Notes: generated from the sequence alone by a model not told the origin. A stretch of DNA of 64,000 bases from Candidatus Aldehydirespiratoraceae bacterium (GCA_965203375.1 OZ241886.1:1347947-1411946), one strand, 5' to 3'. Shown: positions 1 through 9,753, counted from the stretch's first letter. Numbers and translations are program-made.

Positions 1-3000
1 GCCCTGTCCGCCACCCAGCGCCCGCTGTCGGAGATCGCCCGGTTCCTGGGGGGCCGGGCCCCCGCCGGCGACGGCTCGCTCGCCCACCGGCCCGTGACCG
101 TGATCGACGCCGGGACGGCCAAGGAGATGGACGTGGAGGTGGTGGTGCCCGTCGAGGACATGGGCGATCTGGCCGCGACCGGGCCCGCCTCGGCCGCCGA
201 GCCGGCCGCCGGGCCGGCCTCGGCTGAGCCGGAGCGCCGCAGCATCTGGCCCTCGATCCATCCCCGGCTGCTGGACCTGGTGACATCGCACCGCTCCACT
301 TTGATCTTCGCCAACGCCCGCCGCCTGGCCGAGCGGCTCGCCTCCCGGCTCAACGAGCTCCACCTCGGCCGAGAAGAAGACGACCCCGAGCCGGGCGAGA
401 CCGGCACCCGCCCAGGCTCCGAGTCCGGCGACCCCCAGCCCGGCGAGACCCGACCCGGCGGGGGCGAGCCCGACGACCTCCAGACCGACCACTCCGAGTC
501 CGACCACTCCGAGCCTGCCGGCGCCGAGTCAGCCGAGCTGGTCAAGACCCACCACGGCTCGCTGTCGCGGTCCAGCCGGCTGGTGGTCGAGGACGAGCTG
601 AAGCAGGGCCGCCTGGCCGGGCTGGTGGCCACCTCCTCGCTGGAGCTGGGCATCGACATGGGGGCGGTGGACCTGGTGGCGCAGGTGGGCTCGCCCGGGT
701 CGGTGGCCTCGGCGCTCCAGCGGATCGGCCGGGCCGGACACCGGGTGGGGGAGCCCAGCCGGGGCAAGATCTTCCCCAAGCACCGGGCCGATCTGCTGGA
801 GGCGGCCGCGGTGGTCGACCTGATGAAAAAGGGCCAGGTCGAGGCCACCGCCTACCCCCGCAACCCCCTCGACGTGCTGGCCCAGCAGATCGTGGCCATG
901 TGCGCCATGGACGACTGGGCCGTGGACGACCTGGCCGCCGTCGTCCGCCGCTGCGCCTGCTTCGCCGACCTCTCCGACGAGGTGCTGCGCGCCACCCTCG
1001 AGATGCTGTCGGGCGCCTACCCGGCCGAGGAGTTCGCCGGTCTCATTCCCCGGATCGTCTGGGACCGGGCCGCCGGGGCGGTGAGGGGCCGGGCCGGGGC
1101 CCAGCGGCTGGCCGTCACCAACGCCGGCACCATCCCCGACCGGGGCCTGTTCGGGGTGTTCTTGCCCGACGGGACCAGGGTGGGCGAGCTGGACGAGGAG
1201 ATGGTCTACGAGAGCCGGGTGGGGGAGACCTTCCTGCTCGGGGCCTCGGCCTGGCGGATCACCGACATCACCTTCGACCGGGTGGTGGTGGTGCCCGCCC
1301 CCGGCTCGCCCGGCAAGATGCCGTTCTGGCACGGCGAGGGGCCGGGCCGGGCCGTCGAGCTGGGCCGGGCCGTCGGCCGCCTCGTCCGGGAGCTGCGCGC
1401 CGACCCCGACCCGATCCCCCGGCTCCGGCGCCGCCACGGCCTGGACGAGCTGACCGCGGCCAACCTGCTCGCCTACCTTCAAGAGCAGGCCGAGGCCACC
1501 GGCGCCGTCCCCGACGACCGCACCGTGGTGGTGGAGCGGTTCCCCGACGAGATCGGCGACTGGCGGGTGTGCGTGCTCACCCCCTTCGGGGCCAGGGTCC
1601 ACGCCCCCTGGGGCCTGGCCCTGCAGGCCCGGCTCGGCCGGCAGTGGGGGGTGGACGTCGACATGATGTGGGGCGACGACGGTATCGCTCTGCGCCTGCC
1701 CGAAGCGGTGGACGAGCTGCCGCTGGAGGAGGTGCTCTTCGACCCCGACGAGATCGCCGAGCTGGTGGTGGAACATCTGCCCGGCACGGCCGTGTTCTCG
1801 TCTAGGTTCCGGGAGTGCGCGGCCCGGGCCCTGCTGCTGCCCCGCCGCCGCCCCGGGCAGCGGACCCCGCTGTGGCAGCAGCGCCGCCGGTCGGCCGACC
1901 TTCTCGCGGTGGCCTCTAAATACCCGTCGTTCCCGATCCTGCTGGAAACCGCCCGGGAGTGCGCCAACGACGTGTTCGACCTGCCCGCGCTGGTGCAGCT
2001 CATGTCCGACCTGCGCAGCCGCCGGGTCCGGGTGGCGGCGGCCGAGACCGCCACCGCCTCCCCGTTCGCCCGCTCGCTGCTGTTCTCGTGGATCGCGGTG
2101 TACATGTACGAGGGCGACGCGCCCCTGGCCGAGCGCCGGGCCGCGGCCCTGACCCTGGACCGGGAGCTGCTCCGGGACCTGCTCGGCGCCGAGGAGCTGC
2201 GGGAGCTCATCGACCCCGAGGCGCTGGCCGACCTGGAGCTGGAGCTGCAGCGCCTCGACGGGTCCCGCCCGGCCCGCGACCCCGACGAGCTCCACGACCT
2301 GCTGCGGGTGCTCGGCCCCCTGTCGCTGGGGGACCTGCGGGCCCGCTCGGCGGCCGGCGCCGACGTGGCCGGATGGGTCCGGGGGCTGGTCGAGCAGCGA
2401 CGGGCCATCGAGGTGCGGGTGGCCGAGCGGGAGGTGGCGGCCGACAGCGCCGACGCGGCCCGGCTGCGCGACGCGGCCGGGACCGCGCTGCCGGTGGGGC
2501 TGCCCGCGGCCTGCACCGAGCCGGTGGCCGACCCGCTCGGCGACCTGTGCCTGCGCTACGCCCGCACCCACGGCCCGTTCCTGGCCGCCGACCCGGCCCG
2601 CTGGCTGGGGGTGGCCGAGGCCCGGACGGCCGCGGCCCTGGCCCGGCTGGCGGCCGACGGCAGGCTGGTGCGGGGGGAGCTGCGGCCCGGCGGGTCCGAG
2701 CGCGAGTTCTGCGACGCCGGGGTGCTGCGCCGCCTCCGCCGCCGCTCCGTCGCCGCGCTGCGCCGCGAGGTCGAGCCGGTCGAGCCCGAGGCCCTGGCCC
2801 GGTTCCTGCCCGCCTGGCAGGGGGTCGGGGCCCGGCGGCGGGGCGCCGACGGCGTGGCCGAGGCCGTGGCCGTGCTCCAGGGGGCGCCTCTGGCCGCGTC
2901 GGTGCTGGAGCGCGACGTGCTGGCCGCCCGGGTGGTCGGCTACCGGCCGTCTGACCTCGACGAGCTGTGCGCCTCGGGCGAGGTGGTCTGGGTGGGCGCG

Positions 3001-4059
3001 GGCCCCCTCGGCGCGGCCGACGGCCGCGTCCGGCTGGTGTTCCGCGACCAGGCACCGGCGCTGGCCCCGGCCCCGGCCGGCGAGTCGGCCTGCGCCGAGC
3101 CGGTCCACGACGCGCTGCGGGACTGCCTGGACCGGCGGGGGGCGTCCTTTTGGGGAGACCTGGTGGCCGCGGCCGGCGCCGCCGGACTGCCCTACGACGA
3201 CGCCTCGGTGCTGGCCGGCCTGTGGGACCTGGTGTGGGCCGGCGAGGTGACCAACGACTCGCTGGCCCCGGTGCGGGCCCTGGTGTCGGGGGCGGGCCGG
3301 GCCCGCTCGCCCCGCCGGGGCCCCCCTCGGAGGGTGCCGGGGCGGTTCCGGGGTGCCGGGGGCCGCCCCAGGGCTGGCTCGCTGACCGCGGCGGGTCCGC
3401 CGACCGCGGCGGGCCGGTGGTCGCTGGTGGCGCCGCTGCGGTCGGCCGATCTCAGCGACACCGAGGCCGGCCTGGCCCGGGCCGCCCAGTTGCTGGACCG
3501 CTACGGCGTCGTCACCCGCGAGGCGGCCCGGGCCGAGGGCCACCCCGGCGGCTTCGCCGGGGTGTACCCGGTGCTCAAGGCTTTAGAGGAGCGGGGCGAG
3601 GTGCGCCGGGGGTACTTCGTGGCCGGCCTGGGCGCGGCCCAGTTCGCCCTGCCCGGCGCGGTGGACCGTCTGCGGGCGGCCCGTTCTGACGAGAGCGGCC
3701 CCGGCCCGCCCGCGGTCGTGGCCTTGGCTGCCACCGACCCGGCCCAGCCCTACGGGTCGGTCCTGGCCTGGCCCGCCTCAGAAGGCCGCCCGGTGCGGGC
3801 CGCCGGCGCCCACGTGGTGCTGATCGACGGACGCCCCGCGGTGGAGCTGGAGCGGGGCGGCCGTTCGCTCGTCACCTTCGCCGCCGCCGAAGACGGTGCC
3901 TGGATCGAAGCCCTGATCGGCCTGGCCAAAGACGGGCGGGTGCCCCGGCTGGAGATCGCCCGAGCCGACGGCCGCCCCATCAACGAAACCCCCTGGGCCG
4001 ACCGTCTAACCGCGGCTGGCTTCAAGCCCGGATACAAAGGCCTCACCTGGCGGGCCTGA
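1..4059 (+). CDS. lhr: ATP-dependent helicase Lhr (5' end cut by window edge)
   Basis: Frame 1 is open from base 1, with ALSATQRP (helicase motif III, SAT) at 1-24. ATSSLELGIDMG and QRIGRAGH (motifs V/VI) follow, then the long Lhr-type C-terminal extension. Stop TGA at 4057-4059. Contains an acidic/Gly-rich low-complexity insert with a 15-bp duplication (DHSES/DHSEP, about 487-516). Confidence 0.9.
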   Translation, partial: ALSATQRPLSEIARFLGGRAPAGDGSLAHRPVTVIDAGTAKEMDVEVVVPVEDMGDLAATGPASAAEPAAGPASAEPERRSIWPSIHPRLLDLVTSHRSTLIFANARRLAERLASRLNELHLGREEDDPEPGETGTRPGSESGDPQPGETRPGGGEPDDLQTDHSESDHSEPAGAESAELVKTHHGSLSRSSRLVVEDELKQGRLAGLVATSSLELGIDMGAVDLVAQVGSPGSVASALQRIGRAGHRVGEPSRGKIFPKHRADLLEAAAVVDLMKKGQVEATAYPRNPLDVLAQQIVAMCAMDDWAVDDLAAVVRRCACFADLSDEVLRATLEMLSGAYPAEEFAGLIPRIVWDRAAGAVRGRAGAQRLAVTNAGTIPDRGLFGVFLPDGTRVGELDEEMVYESRVGETFLLGASAWRITDITFDRVVVVPAPGSPGKMPFWHGEGPGRAVELGRAVGRLVRELRADPDPIPRLRRRHGLDELTAANLLAYLQEQAEATGAVPDDRTVVVERFPDEIGDWRVCVLTPFGARVHAPWGLALQARLGRQWGVDVDMMWGDDGIALRLPEAVDELPLEEVLFDPDEIAELVVEHLPGTAVFSSRFRECAARALLLPRRRPGQRTPLWQQRRRSADLLAVASKYPSFPILLETARECANDVFDLPALVQLMSDLRSRRVRVAAAETATASPFARSLLFSWIAVYMYEGDAPLAERRAAALTLDRELLRDLLGAEELRELIDPEALADLELELQRLDGSRPARDPDELHDLLRVLGPLSLGDLRARSAAGADVAGWVRGLVEQRRAIEVRVAEREVAADSADAARLRDAAGTALPVGLPAACTEPVADPLGDLCLRYARTHGPFLAADPARWLGVAEARTAAALARLAADGRLVRGELRPGGSEREFCDAGVLRRLRRRSVAALRREVEPVEPEALARFLPAWQGVGARRRGADGVAEAVAVLQGAPLAASVLERDVLAARVVGYRPSDLDELCASGEVVWVGAGPLGAADGRVRLVFRDQAPALAPAPAGESACAEPVHDALRDCLDRRGASFWGDLVAAAGAAGLPYDDASVLAGLWDLVWAGEVTNDSLAPVRALVSGAGRARSPRRGPPRRVPGRFRGAGGRPRAGSLTAAGPPTAAGRWSLVAPLRSADLSDTEAGLARAAQLLDRYGVVTREAARAEGHPGGFAGVYPVLKALEERGEVRRGYFVAGLGAAQFALPGAVDRLRAARSDESGPGPPAVVALAATDPAQPYGSVLAWPASEGRPVRAAGAHVVLIDGRPAVELERGGRSLVTFAAAEDGAWIEALIGLAKDGRVPRLEIARADGRPINETPWADRLTAAGFKPGYKGLTWRA

Positions 4060-4069
4060 GCCCACCCCC
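4056..4069 (+). repeat. 14-bp direct repeat CTGAGCCCACCCCC (copy 1, spans lhr stop codon)
   Basis: Exact match to 5695-5708. Confidence 0.8.
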
Positions 4070-4077
4070 GCGCTAGA

Positions 4078-4120
4078 GCCCCCCGGACAGGCCCCGGGCG
4101 GAGCCAGGGGGCGTTTTTTG
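4078..4120 (+). terminator. putative intrinsic terminator after lhr
   Basis: GCCCCCC (4078-4084) can pair with GGGGGC (4107-4112), followed by a T6 run (4114-4119), about 20 nt after the lhr stop. The loop is long (about 22 nt), so this is weak. Confidence 0.4.
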
Positions 4121-4237
4121 GCAGGTGGGGGAGGTCGATCGTAGGAGACGTGGGGCCTTGGCGAACCTGGAGGGGTAGAGTGACCTCGTGGTCGAAAGGC
4201 GTTGCAGCGTGCGGCCTTGCCGTGTAAGGTTTCGCCA

Positions 4238-4456
4238 ATGGGCATCACTCTGAGCAAGCGGTCCAGTTTCATGTTCGCGCGTCCCAGCGTTTGGGAGGGA
4301 ATCGCTCGAACGTTTGACCTGGCGGGCAACTACGACGAGTACAATGGGCTCTGGGAAGGCTCCGAATCTGACGAAGCTGCCCTGCGCCAAGACTGGTATG
4401 CCGTAGGCGACGCTCTCCGCGAAGCGATTGCGAGCGCCGATTACCGGCCTAGGTGA
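4238..4456 (+). CDS. small hypothetical protein (72 aa)
   Basis: ORF in the low-G+C segment. ATG at 4238 is preceded by TAAGG. Its stop overlaps the next gene's start (GTGA at 4453-4456). No recognised domain. Confidence 0.5.
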   Translation: MGITLSKRSSFMFARPSVWEGIARTFDLAGNYDEYNGLWEGSESDEAALRQDWYAVGDALREAIASADYRPR

Positions 4457-5061
4457 GTAAACTCGAACCCGACGCTGAAGGCGGTCGGGAGGAATCACCG
4501 AAGGAAGACGACGATCAGACATCGAGTGGTGCAACGCTCCACAGCGCTCATTTGGAAACGATCTACCAGCGAGTAGAATACCGCGAGACTCATAGCATCC
4601 TGCCGGTTGATGACCTTGAACGAATAGAAAGACTGGCCCCAGGATCAACGCACAAGCTTGTTGATTTAGCAATAAAACAAGCTGAAAATCGGATGAATAT
4701 CGAGTCTAAGATTATCGAAAAGCGCGAGCCGCGTGCTACACGAGCCCAAATATTCTCCTTTATTCTTATAATGTCAGATCTGATTGCAACAACGCTGCTC
4801 ATTGCTATTGGGCAAGCACCTTACGGGTTCTTAGTGTTCTTAGTCATGGTTACTGCGGTAGTGGTGATCAGCCTTTGGAATCGTTATCAAGATCGCCGCG
4901 AACGGGTCGAAAAAGCTCAACTTTCACCCAGGCCAGTACAGCCCACTCTGGATAGTCCTTCAACGGGTCACCTACCACCGCTTCCTCTAGCAGAAGCCAG
5001 CGAGTTACCCGAGATCGAGCCGAGACCGGTCGGGTCAGACCAAGTTGAGCCACCTGCTTAG
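4453..5061 (+). CDS. DUF2335-like membrane protein
   Basis: Charged N-terminal region with a helical segment (LPVDDLERIERLAPGSTHKLVDLAIKQAENRMNIESKII), followed by two hydrophobic helices (IFSFILIMSDLIATTLLIAIG / FLVFLVMVTAVVVISLW). This layout is typical of DUF2335. Confidence 0.55.
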   Translation: MSKLEPDAEGGREESPKEDDDQTSSGATLHSAHLETIYQRVEYRETHSILPVDDLERIERLAPGSTHKLVDLAIKQAENRMNIESKIIEKREPRATRAQIFSFILIMSDLIATTLLIAIGQAPYGFLVFLVMVTAVVVISLWNRYQDRRERVEKAQLSPRPVQPTLDSPSTGHLPPLPLAEASELPEIEPRPVGSDQVEPPA

Positions 5062-5346
5062 AGTGCGCGCTGATTGGGTGTAGCGGCAGCATGAAATCGT
5101 TGCAATGGCAAGGATTGAATACCCTGACAGGTTCCAATCCGCGTATGCCCCAGGCCGCGCGCTCCACCGGAGGCGGGCAGAAAGCCCTTCGTCTTGCGGC
5201 CGGGCGGCGCGGCGGCCAGCCTCCGTCCGCCGTCCGCCAACCCGCTGCCGCCCGTTTCGGTGCCGCGAAACCGCAGCACACGACGGGTGGGTCGTTGCCA
5301 AACCCGCTCGAACTGGTTACGAACCCCAAACCGGCAGAGTGCCTGA

Positions 5347-5708
5347 CCCTCGCTGGCCCCGGTGCGGGCTCTGGTGTCCGGGCGGGGGCCGGGCCTGCTT
5401 GCCCTGCAGGGGCCCCTCTCGGAGGGGCCGGGACGGTTCCGGGGCGGACGGATTGGCGGGGGCCGCCCCCGGGTTGGCGCGCCGACCGCGGCGGACCGCC
5501 GACCGCGGCGGGCCGTGGTCGCTGGTGGCGCCGCTGCGGTCGGCCGACCTCAGCGACACCGAGACCGGCTTGGCCCGGGCCGTCCAGTTGTTGGACCGCT
5601 ACGGCGTCGTGACCCGCGAGGCGGCCCGGGCCGAGGGCCAGCCGGGCGGCTTCGCCGGGGTGTACCCGGTGCTTGAAGTCCTGGAGGAGCGAGGCTGAGC
5701 CCACCCCC
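5347..5708 (+). pseudogene. decayed duplicate of the lhr 3' end
   Basis: Nucleotide-level similarity to lhr about 3257-3600 (e.g. WSLVAPLRSADLSDTE.GLARA.QLLDRYGVVTREAARAEG.PGGFAGVYPVL), with a 1-nt deletion/frameshift. It then jumps directly to the lhr stop context (CTGAGCCCACCCCC), so about 455 bp of lhr are missing. Confidence 0.85.
5695..5708 (+). repeat. 14-bp direct repeat CTGAGCCCACCCCC (copy 2)
   Basis: Exact match to 4056-4069. Confidence 0.8.
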
Positions 5709-5818
5709 TATGTCGGCAACGCCCTGTTCGGTGATGGCTCGAAAACGGGTCCAGAGTTCTTCTCACTGATTAATGTGTAATGTGGCGAGTGTAAGTGTTT
5801 GGTAGGAAGGAGTTGGAC

Positions 5819-7336
5819 ATGGGAGTTCGAGAGAGCGGCCGGAACAACTCGGCTGCAGGAGATGAAGCCGAAGACTCGTTACCGCATCCCAAGTCGTCTG
5901 TTGTCGCGACACGGAACTTCCTGCTGGCAACGCGAGACTCTGGATACCGCTCAACGGCCGCGGCTGTAGCGGAGTTCGTCGACAACTCGATTCAGGCCGG
6001 AGCTCAAGTTGTTCACGTGCATGTCTTCAAAGGCCTTAACGATCAGTACCCGGTGGAAATCTCAGTCTCTGACGATGGCGAGGGCATGGCGGCTGAAGAT
6101 CTGTCAAGGGCTCTGATGTTTGGTGGGAGCGGACGCTTTGATGATCGTTCTTCACTAGGACGCTATGGAATGGGACTTCCAAACGCAGCTTTGAGCTGCG
6201 CTCGTCGAGTGGACGTTTATAGCTGGCAATCCCGATGCCAGACACTCTTTAGCAAGCTTGATCTCGATGAGATCGTGGATAACCCTAACGCTTCACTTGC
6301 GATTTCAGAGAAATCTGATCGTCCTGCCCTCGCGGCGAGCGACACACACGGCACGTATGTCCACCTCAGTCGATGTGATCGACTAGAACATCGGCGCCCT
6401 TCAACGATCGCCAAGAAGCTATCTCAGTCACTCGGGCGCACATACCGTCACTTCCTCGCACGCGGAATCATCATCACTGTGAATGGTGAGTGTGTATCAT
6501 CAGTTGACCCGCTGTTCTTAGACACGGATTGGGATCACTCGGCGACTGTCTTTGGTGCCCCGCTAACGTACTGTCTCTCGACGGATGCCGGGACTGGCAT
6601 TGTCGAAGCTGTGTTTAGCGAGCTTCCGGTCGAAAAATGGTGTGCCCTCTCCCCTCGTGAGAAGCGTCAACTTGGAATCACCAATGCATCAAATGTTTCA
6701 GTAGTACGAGCTGATCGTGAAGTCGACAATGGTTGGTGGTTCATGGGCAAAAAGAGACGACAGAATTACGACGATTGGTGGCGGTGTGAGATTCGATTCG
6801 ATCCTGTTCTTGATGAACTCTTCGGAATCACCTATACGAAGCAGCAGATAACGCCATCACCTGAGCTTCAAAGTTTGCTCTCAAGGGACATGGAGCCAGT
6901 GGCCAATGCTCTCAATGCTCGGGTCAGACGACGATTTGAATTGGCTAACGCGAAGGGTCCCCTGGCAGATGCAGCTCGAACAGCGGCTCGCTGTTCGCAA
7001 TCGCTTCCACCCCTTCATGGTAGCGGGCGCAGCGCGTCCGCTACATATAGATTCGACGTGGGCGAGATTGTCGGCACATCTGCATTCTCATTGGAAGCGG
7101 ATGGACAGGATCTTTCCGTTGTAGTCAACGAACGTCATCCGCTCTACCGAGATGTCCTTCTTCCGTTAGTCGAAAGCACGACATCGGGTGATCAGCGAAC
7201 TGCGAAGCGAATGGGGCTACTGCTTCTTGCGTTGGCACGCGCTGAAGCAGCAGTTGGCCCCAAGTCAGATCGCAGTCGTGTGGAGCGGTTTCGCCATAAC
7301 TGGTCTGATGTGGCCGCCACCTTCCTGAATGCTTGA
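5819..7336 (+). CDS. GHKL-superfamily ATPase, HATPase_c_3 / prokaryotic MORC-like
   Basis: Bergerat-fold motifs are present: N-box AVAEFVDNSIQAG, G1 box VSDDGEGM, G2 box GRYGMGLPNA. C-terminal region resembles bacterial MORC-like proteins (VVRADREVDNGWWF...WWRCEIRF...LFGITYTKQQI). AAGGAG lies 6 nt upstream of ATG 5819; the ORF track's GTG 5795 is less likely. Confidence 0.8.
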   Translation: MGVRESGRNNSAAGDEAEDSLPHPKSSVVATRNFLLATRDSGYRSTAAAVAEFVDNSIQAGAQVVHVHVFKGLNDQYPVEISVSDDGEGMAAEDLSRALMFGGSGRFDDRSSLGRYGMGLPNAALSCARRVDVYSWQSRCQTLFSKLDLDEIVDNPNASLAISEKSDRPALAASDTHGTYVHLSRCDRLEHRRPSTIAKKLSQSLGRTYRHFLARGIIITVNGECVSSVDPLFLDTDWDHSATVFGAPLTYCLSTDAGTGIVEAVFSELPVEKWCALSPREKRQLGITNASNVSVVRADREVDNGWWFMGKKRRQNYDDWWRCEIRFDPVLDELFGITYTKQQITPSPELQSLLSRDMEPVANALNARVRRRFELANAKGPLADAARTAARCSQSLPPLHGSGRSASATYRFDVGEIVGTSAFSLEADGQDLSVVVNERHPLYRDVLLPLVESTTSGDQRTAKRMGLLLLALARAEAAVGPKSDRSRVERFRHNWSDVAATFLNA

Positions 7337-7345
7337 GTACAAGGC

Positions 7346-9274
7346 GTGGTTTGGTTAACGCTCCCAATACCTAAAGGTCTGCCGACGACGGACCGGACGG
7401 GCTTAGTATCGCTGGTGAGAGAGCTTGCCAAAGGTGATGCCTTGCCGGAACTGCGACGAGATCGGTTTCGCCTAGTGGCTGCCGAAGCGGCAGGAAGTGT
7501 TCTCATCGATCTCTATCGACAGGGGTGGGCCGTCCGACATGGCATGGACTCTGACATTGAGGTTTGCCCGCCTAAGCAGTTCGATGTAGCCGATCGCGAA
7601 AAACGCAGAGTCCAAGAGCAGGAACTTCTACAGAGAGATGAACAGCTACAGAGTCCTACTGTTGAGCGCTTCATACGTAAAATGGAGACACAACGAGAGC
7701 ACAGGGGTAGACTAGTTTCGATTTTTGACCTCATGCGTGATGGATGTGAGTTAGCAACTTCACTGCGCGACCTGCGTTTTACTGAAGGTTCTCCAAGTGA
7801 CGTGAGGTCAGTGATTGATCCTTATCTGCAGATTATTCACCCAACAGAGCGTGATCAGCTAACAGGCCTGAAGCTCATGGATGTGTGGCGGTACTTTCGA
7901 CACACTTGGTCAAATCCGTATACAACTGTTCCGGGTCGTACAATGCTGTTACTTATCCGTGATCGAGCGGTAGATAATCGCCCAGTTATTGGGATAGCGG
8001 CTCTCAGTAGTCCGATCGTGCAACTAGATGAACGCGACCGATGGATCGGATGGCGTTCACAGGATGTGCTTGCAGATCTCGCCTCACAACCGACCTCAGC
8101 GCATGCGCGATGGTTGGTCGGTCGGCTAGAAAAACGAAGAAGCGAGATCTATGTCGATGATCTAATCCGTGATGAACTATTCTGGCCCGGATTATGGGAT
8201 ACTCCCACCTCAGAGGCTGAGGCTGCCCTTAGGAAGGAAGCTAAAATACGTCGCATTGACCATCAGCGGCTTTCACGACGAGCGCATCTTGACGCGTTTG
8301 ACCGTGATCATCCTGACTTCTGGATCCATCGCGCTGAGACGGACCTTTACCGGAGCAAACGTTGTCTCCTCTTGGCCGACCTCATGCGAGACAAGGCCGC
8401 CGTGACGGAGTTCCTGTATCCTTCGCCAGGTGTCGAAGGACTGCGCAGAGCCCTTGCAGATCGGAATGCTAGACTAGCTATTCGAGCTATCACTCGTCGT
8501 GCCAAAGCTGATTCGATTGGCACGGAAGTGGCGGATCTTACCGTCTGTGGAGCTATCGCCCCGTACCGTGAATTAATTGGTGGGAAGCTCGTCACGATGC
8601 TGACAATGAGCCCGACTGTAGTAAGCACCTATCGCCGCAAATATCAACCGTACGAAAGCGAGATCGCCTCCTCTATCGCTGGACGACCCATCAGGCGCGC
8701 CTCAACGCTTGTCTACATAGGTACTACATCTTTGTATGGTGCAACGTCGAGTCAATATAATAGAGTACGCATACCGGCAGAGGTATTAGAGGCAAAGACA
8801 GATATCCGATTGGAGCGGCTAGGTCGGTCTAAGTCCTATGGCACGTCGCATCTCTCAACTGAGACGGTTGCAGCGCTTGTTCGACTCTCAGAGCACACCA
8901 GAATTGGAGCCCGAATAAATAGCATCTTTGGCGAAGGAGTTAACCCGAAGTTGCGCAAGGTACGCGCTGGACTCGATGCTCTCGGCTGGCCATCTGACGA
9001 ATTGCTCCAACATGGTCGTCAACGAATTATCTATGGAGTGTCACTGGTAGAAAACCTGAAGCCGTACCTGCTTGGAATGAATTCACGGCCACGATATCTG
9101 ATGAAAACCACGTTGCCCAATGATATTCAACGTATAGCTGATTGGTGGGGTAATCGGTGGCTGTTGCCACGTATTCAGTCCGATGAGATCCTCGAGCGCG
9201 TGGCGCTGCACACCGTGGAGCTACCAATTCAGCATGGAGCTCGTGTCCCTTTACCGCGATCAGCAGAAATTTAG
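7346..9274 (+). CDS. DUF4338-like protein (DruA-like)
   Basis: Central block WRYFRHTWSNPYTTVPGRTMLLLIRD...PVIGIAALSSPIVQLDERDRWIGW resembles the DUF4338 signature (..RD.WIGW). Starts 9 nt after the GHKL gene, so likely co-transcribed. Confidence 0.6.
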   Translation: MVWLTLPIPKGLPTTDRTGLVSLVRELAKGDALPELRRDRFRLVAAEAAGSVLIDLYRQGWAVRHGMDSDIEVCPPKQFDVADREKRRVQEQELLQRDEQLQSPTVERFIRKMETQREHRGRLVSIFDLMRDGCELATSLRDLRFTEGSPSDVRSVIDPYLQIIHPTERDQLTGLKLMDVWRYFRHTWSNPYTTVPGRTMLLLIRDRAVDNRPVIGIAALSSPIVQLDERDRWIGWRSQDVLADLASQPTSAHARWLVGRLEKRRSEIYVDDLIRDELFWPGLWDTPTSEAEAALRKEAKIRRIDHQRLSRRAHLDAFDRDHPDFWIHRAETDLYRSKRCLLLADLMRDKAAVTEFLYPSPGVEGLRRALADRNARLAIRAITRRAKADSIGTEVADLTVCGAIAPYRELIGGKLVTMLTMSPTVVSTYRRKYQPYESEIASSIAGRPIRRASTLVYIGTTSLYGATSSQYNRVRIPAEVLEAKTDIRLERLGRSKSYGTSHLSTETVAALVRLSEHTRIGARINSIFGEGVNPKLRKVRAGLDALGWPSDELLQHGRQRIIYGVSLVENLKPYLLGMNSRPRYLMKTTLPNDIQRIADWWGNRWLLPRIQSDEILERVALHTVELPIQHGARVPLPRSAEI

Positions 9275-9753
9275 GGGAATTACTCAAGGGGGCGGTTCCC
9301 TTCGGGTGGCGGGCACGGAGTTCCGAAGGGGCTTGGCTGCCCCCGCAGTGACCGACGACCGCTGAACCGCACAGCCGCCACCGGCCTCGACATCAACCCG
9401 GGGCGATCATCGCGGCGGTGCCTGCGGTGCCAGAACCCGCTTTCCGGTCTTGGCGGACAACGAGCACAAGCCCTGACGGCGTGGATCGAACTAGCGTTCC
9501 GGCTGGTAGGCGGCACTGACGAGGAGGCACTGGCTCGGGGCTGGGATCCTTGGTGTCATAGCTGTGGGCTAACGTGGCTTGTCGGGTTGTCGTTGTCGGT
9601 GCTAGCGCTGCGGTAGAGGAGCGGCTTTGATGGCGTATGCAGGTGGAAAGGCGTTCAGTGCGCCGCTAGGACAAGCGCTCGGCTGTTGTCCTTGGAGGGT
9701 GGCCGCTGAGCAGGCGGGGACGCTGAGAGCGGTGGCCTGGGGAGTTTTTTGGC

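Noticed and set aside
529-3543. 1004-aa antisense ORF inside lhr. Many similar long alternative-frame or antisense ORFs occur across high-G+C regions, e.g. 24342-26651, 26456-28711, 36925-38979, 39619-41919, 48754-50721 and 52449-54986.
   Set aside because: They are Arg/Pro/Gly/Ala-dominated with no motifs, and each fully overlaps a gene with clear family signatures on the other strand or frame. This is the expected stop-codon-poor artefact of about 70% G+C DNA.
4073-4672. 199-aa minus-strand ORF overlapping the small-protein/DUF2335 genes.
   Set aside because: No motifs, and it overlaps two coupled plus-strand ORFs, one of which has a recognisable DUF2335-like layout.
5076-5150. tRNA-like 75-nt segment. 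A 7-bp acceptor stem is possible (GGGTGTA/TATGCCC with two G-U pairs), with a GGTTCCAATCC T-loop-like string and a 4-bp anticodon-like stem.
   Set aside because: The T-stem forms only 2 bp, the D-arm does not pair, the anticodon loop lacks U33 and there is no CCA. At best this is a decayed tRNA or att remnant, and possibly coincidence. It would need tRNAscan-SE/ARAGORN in pseudogene mode.
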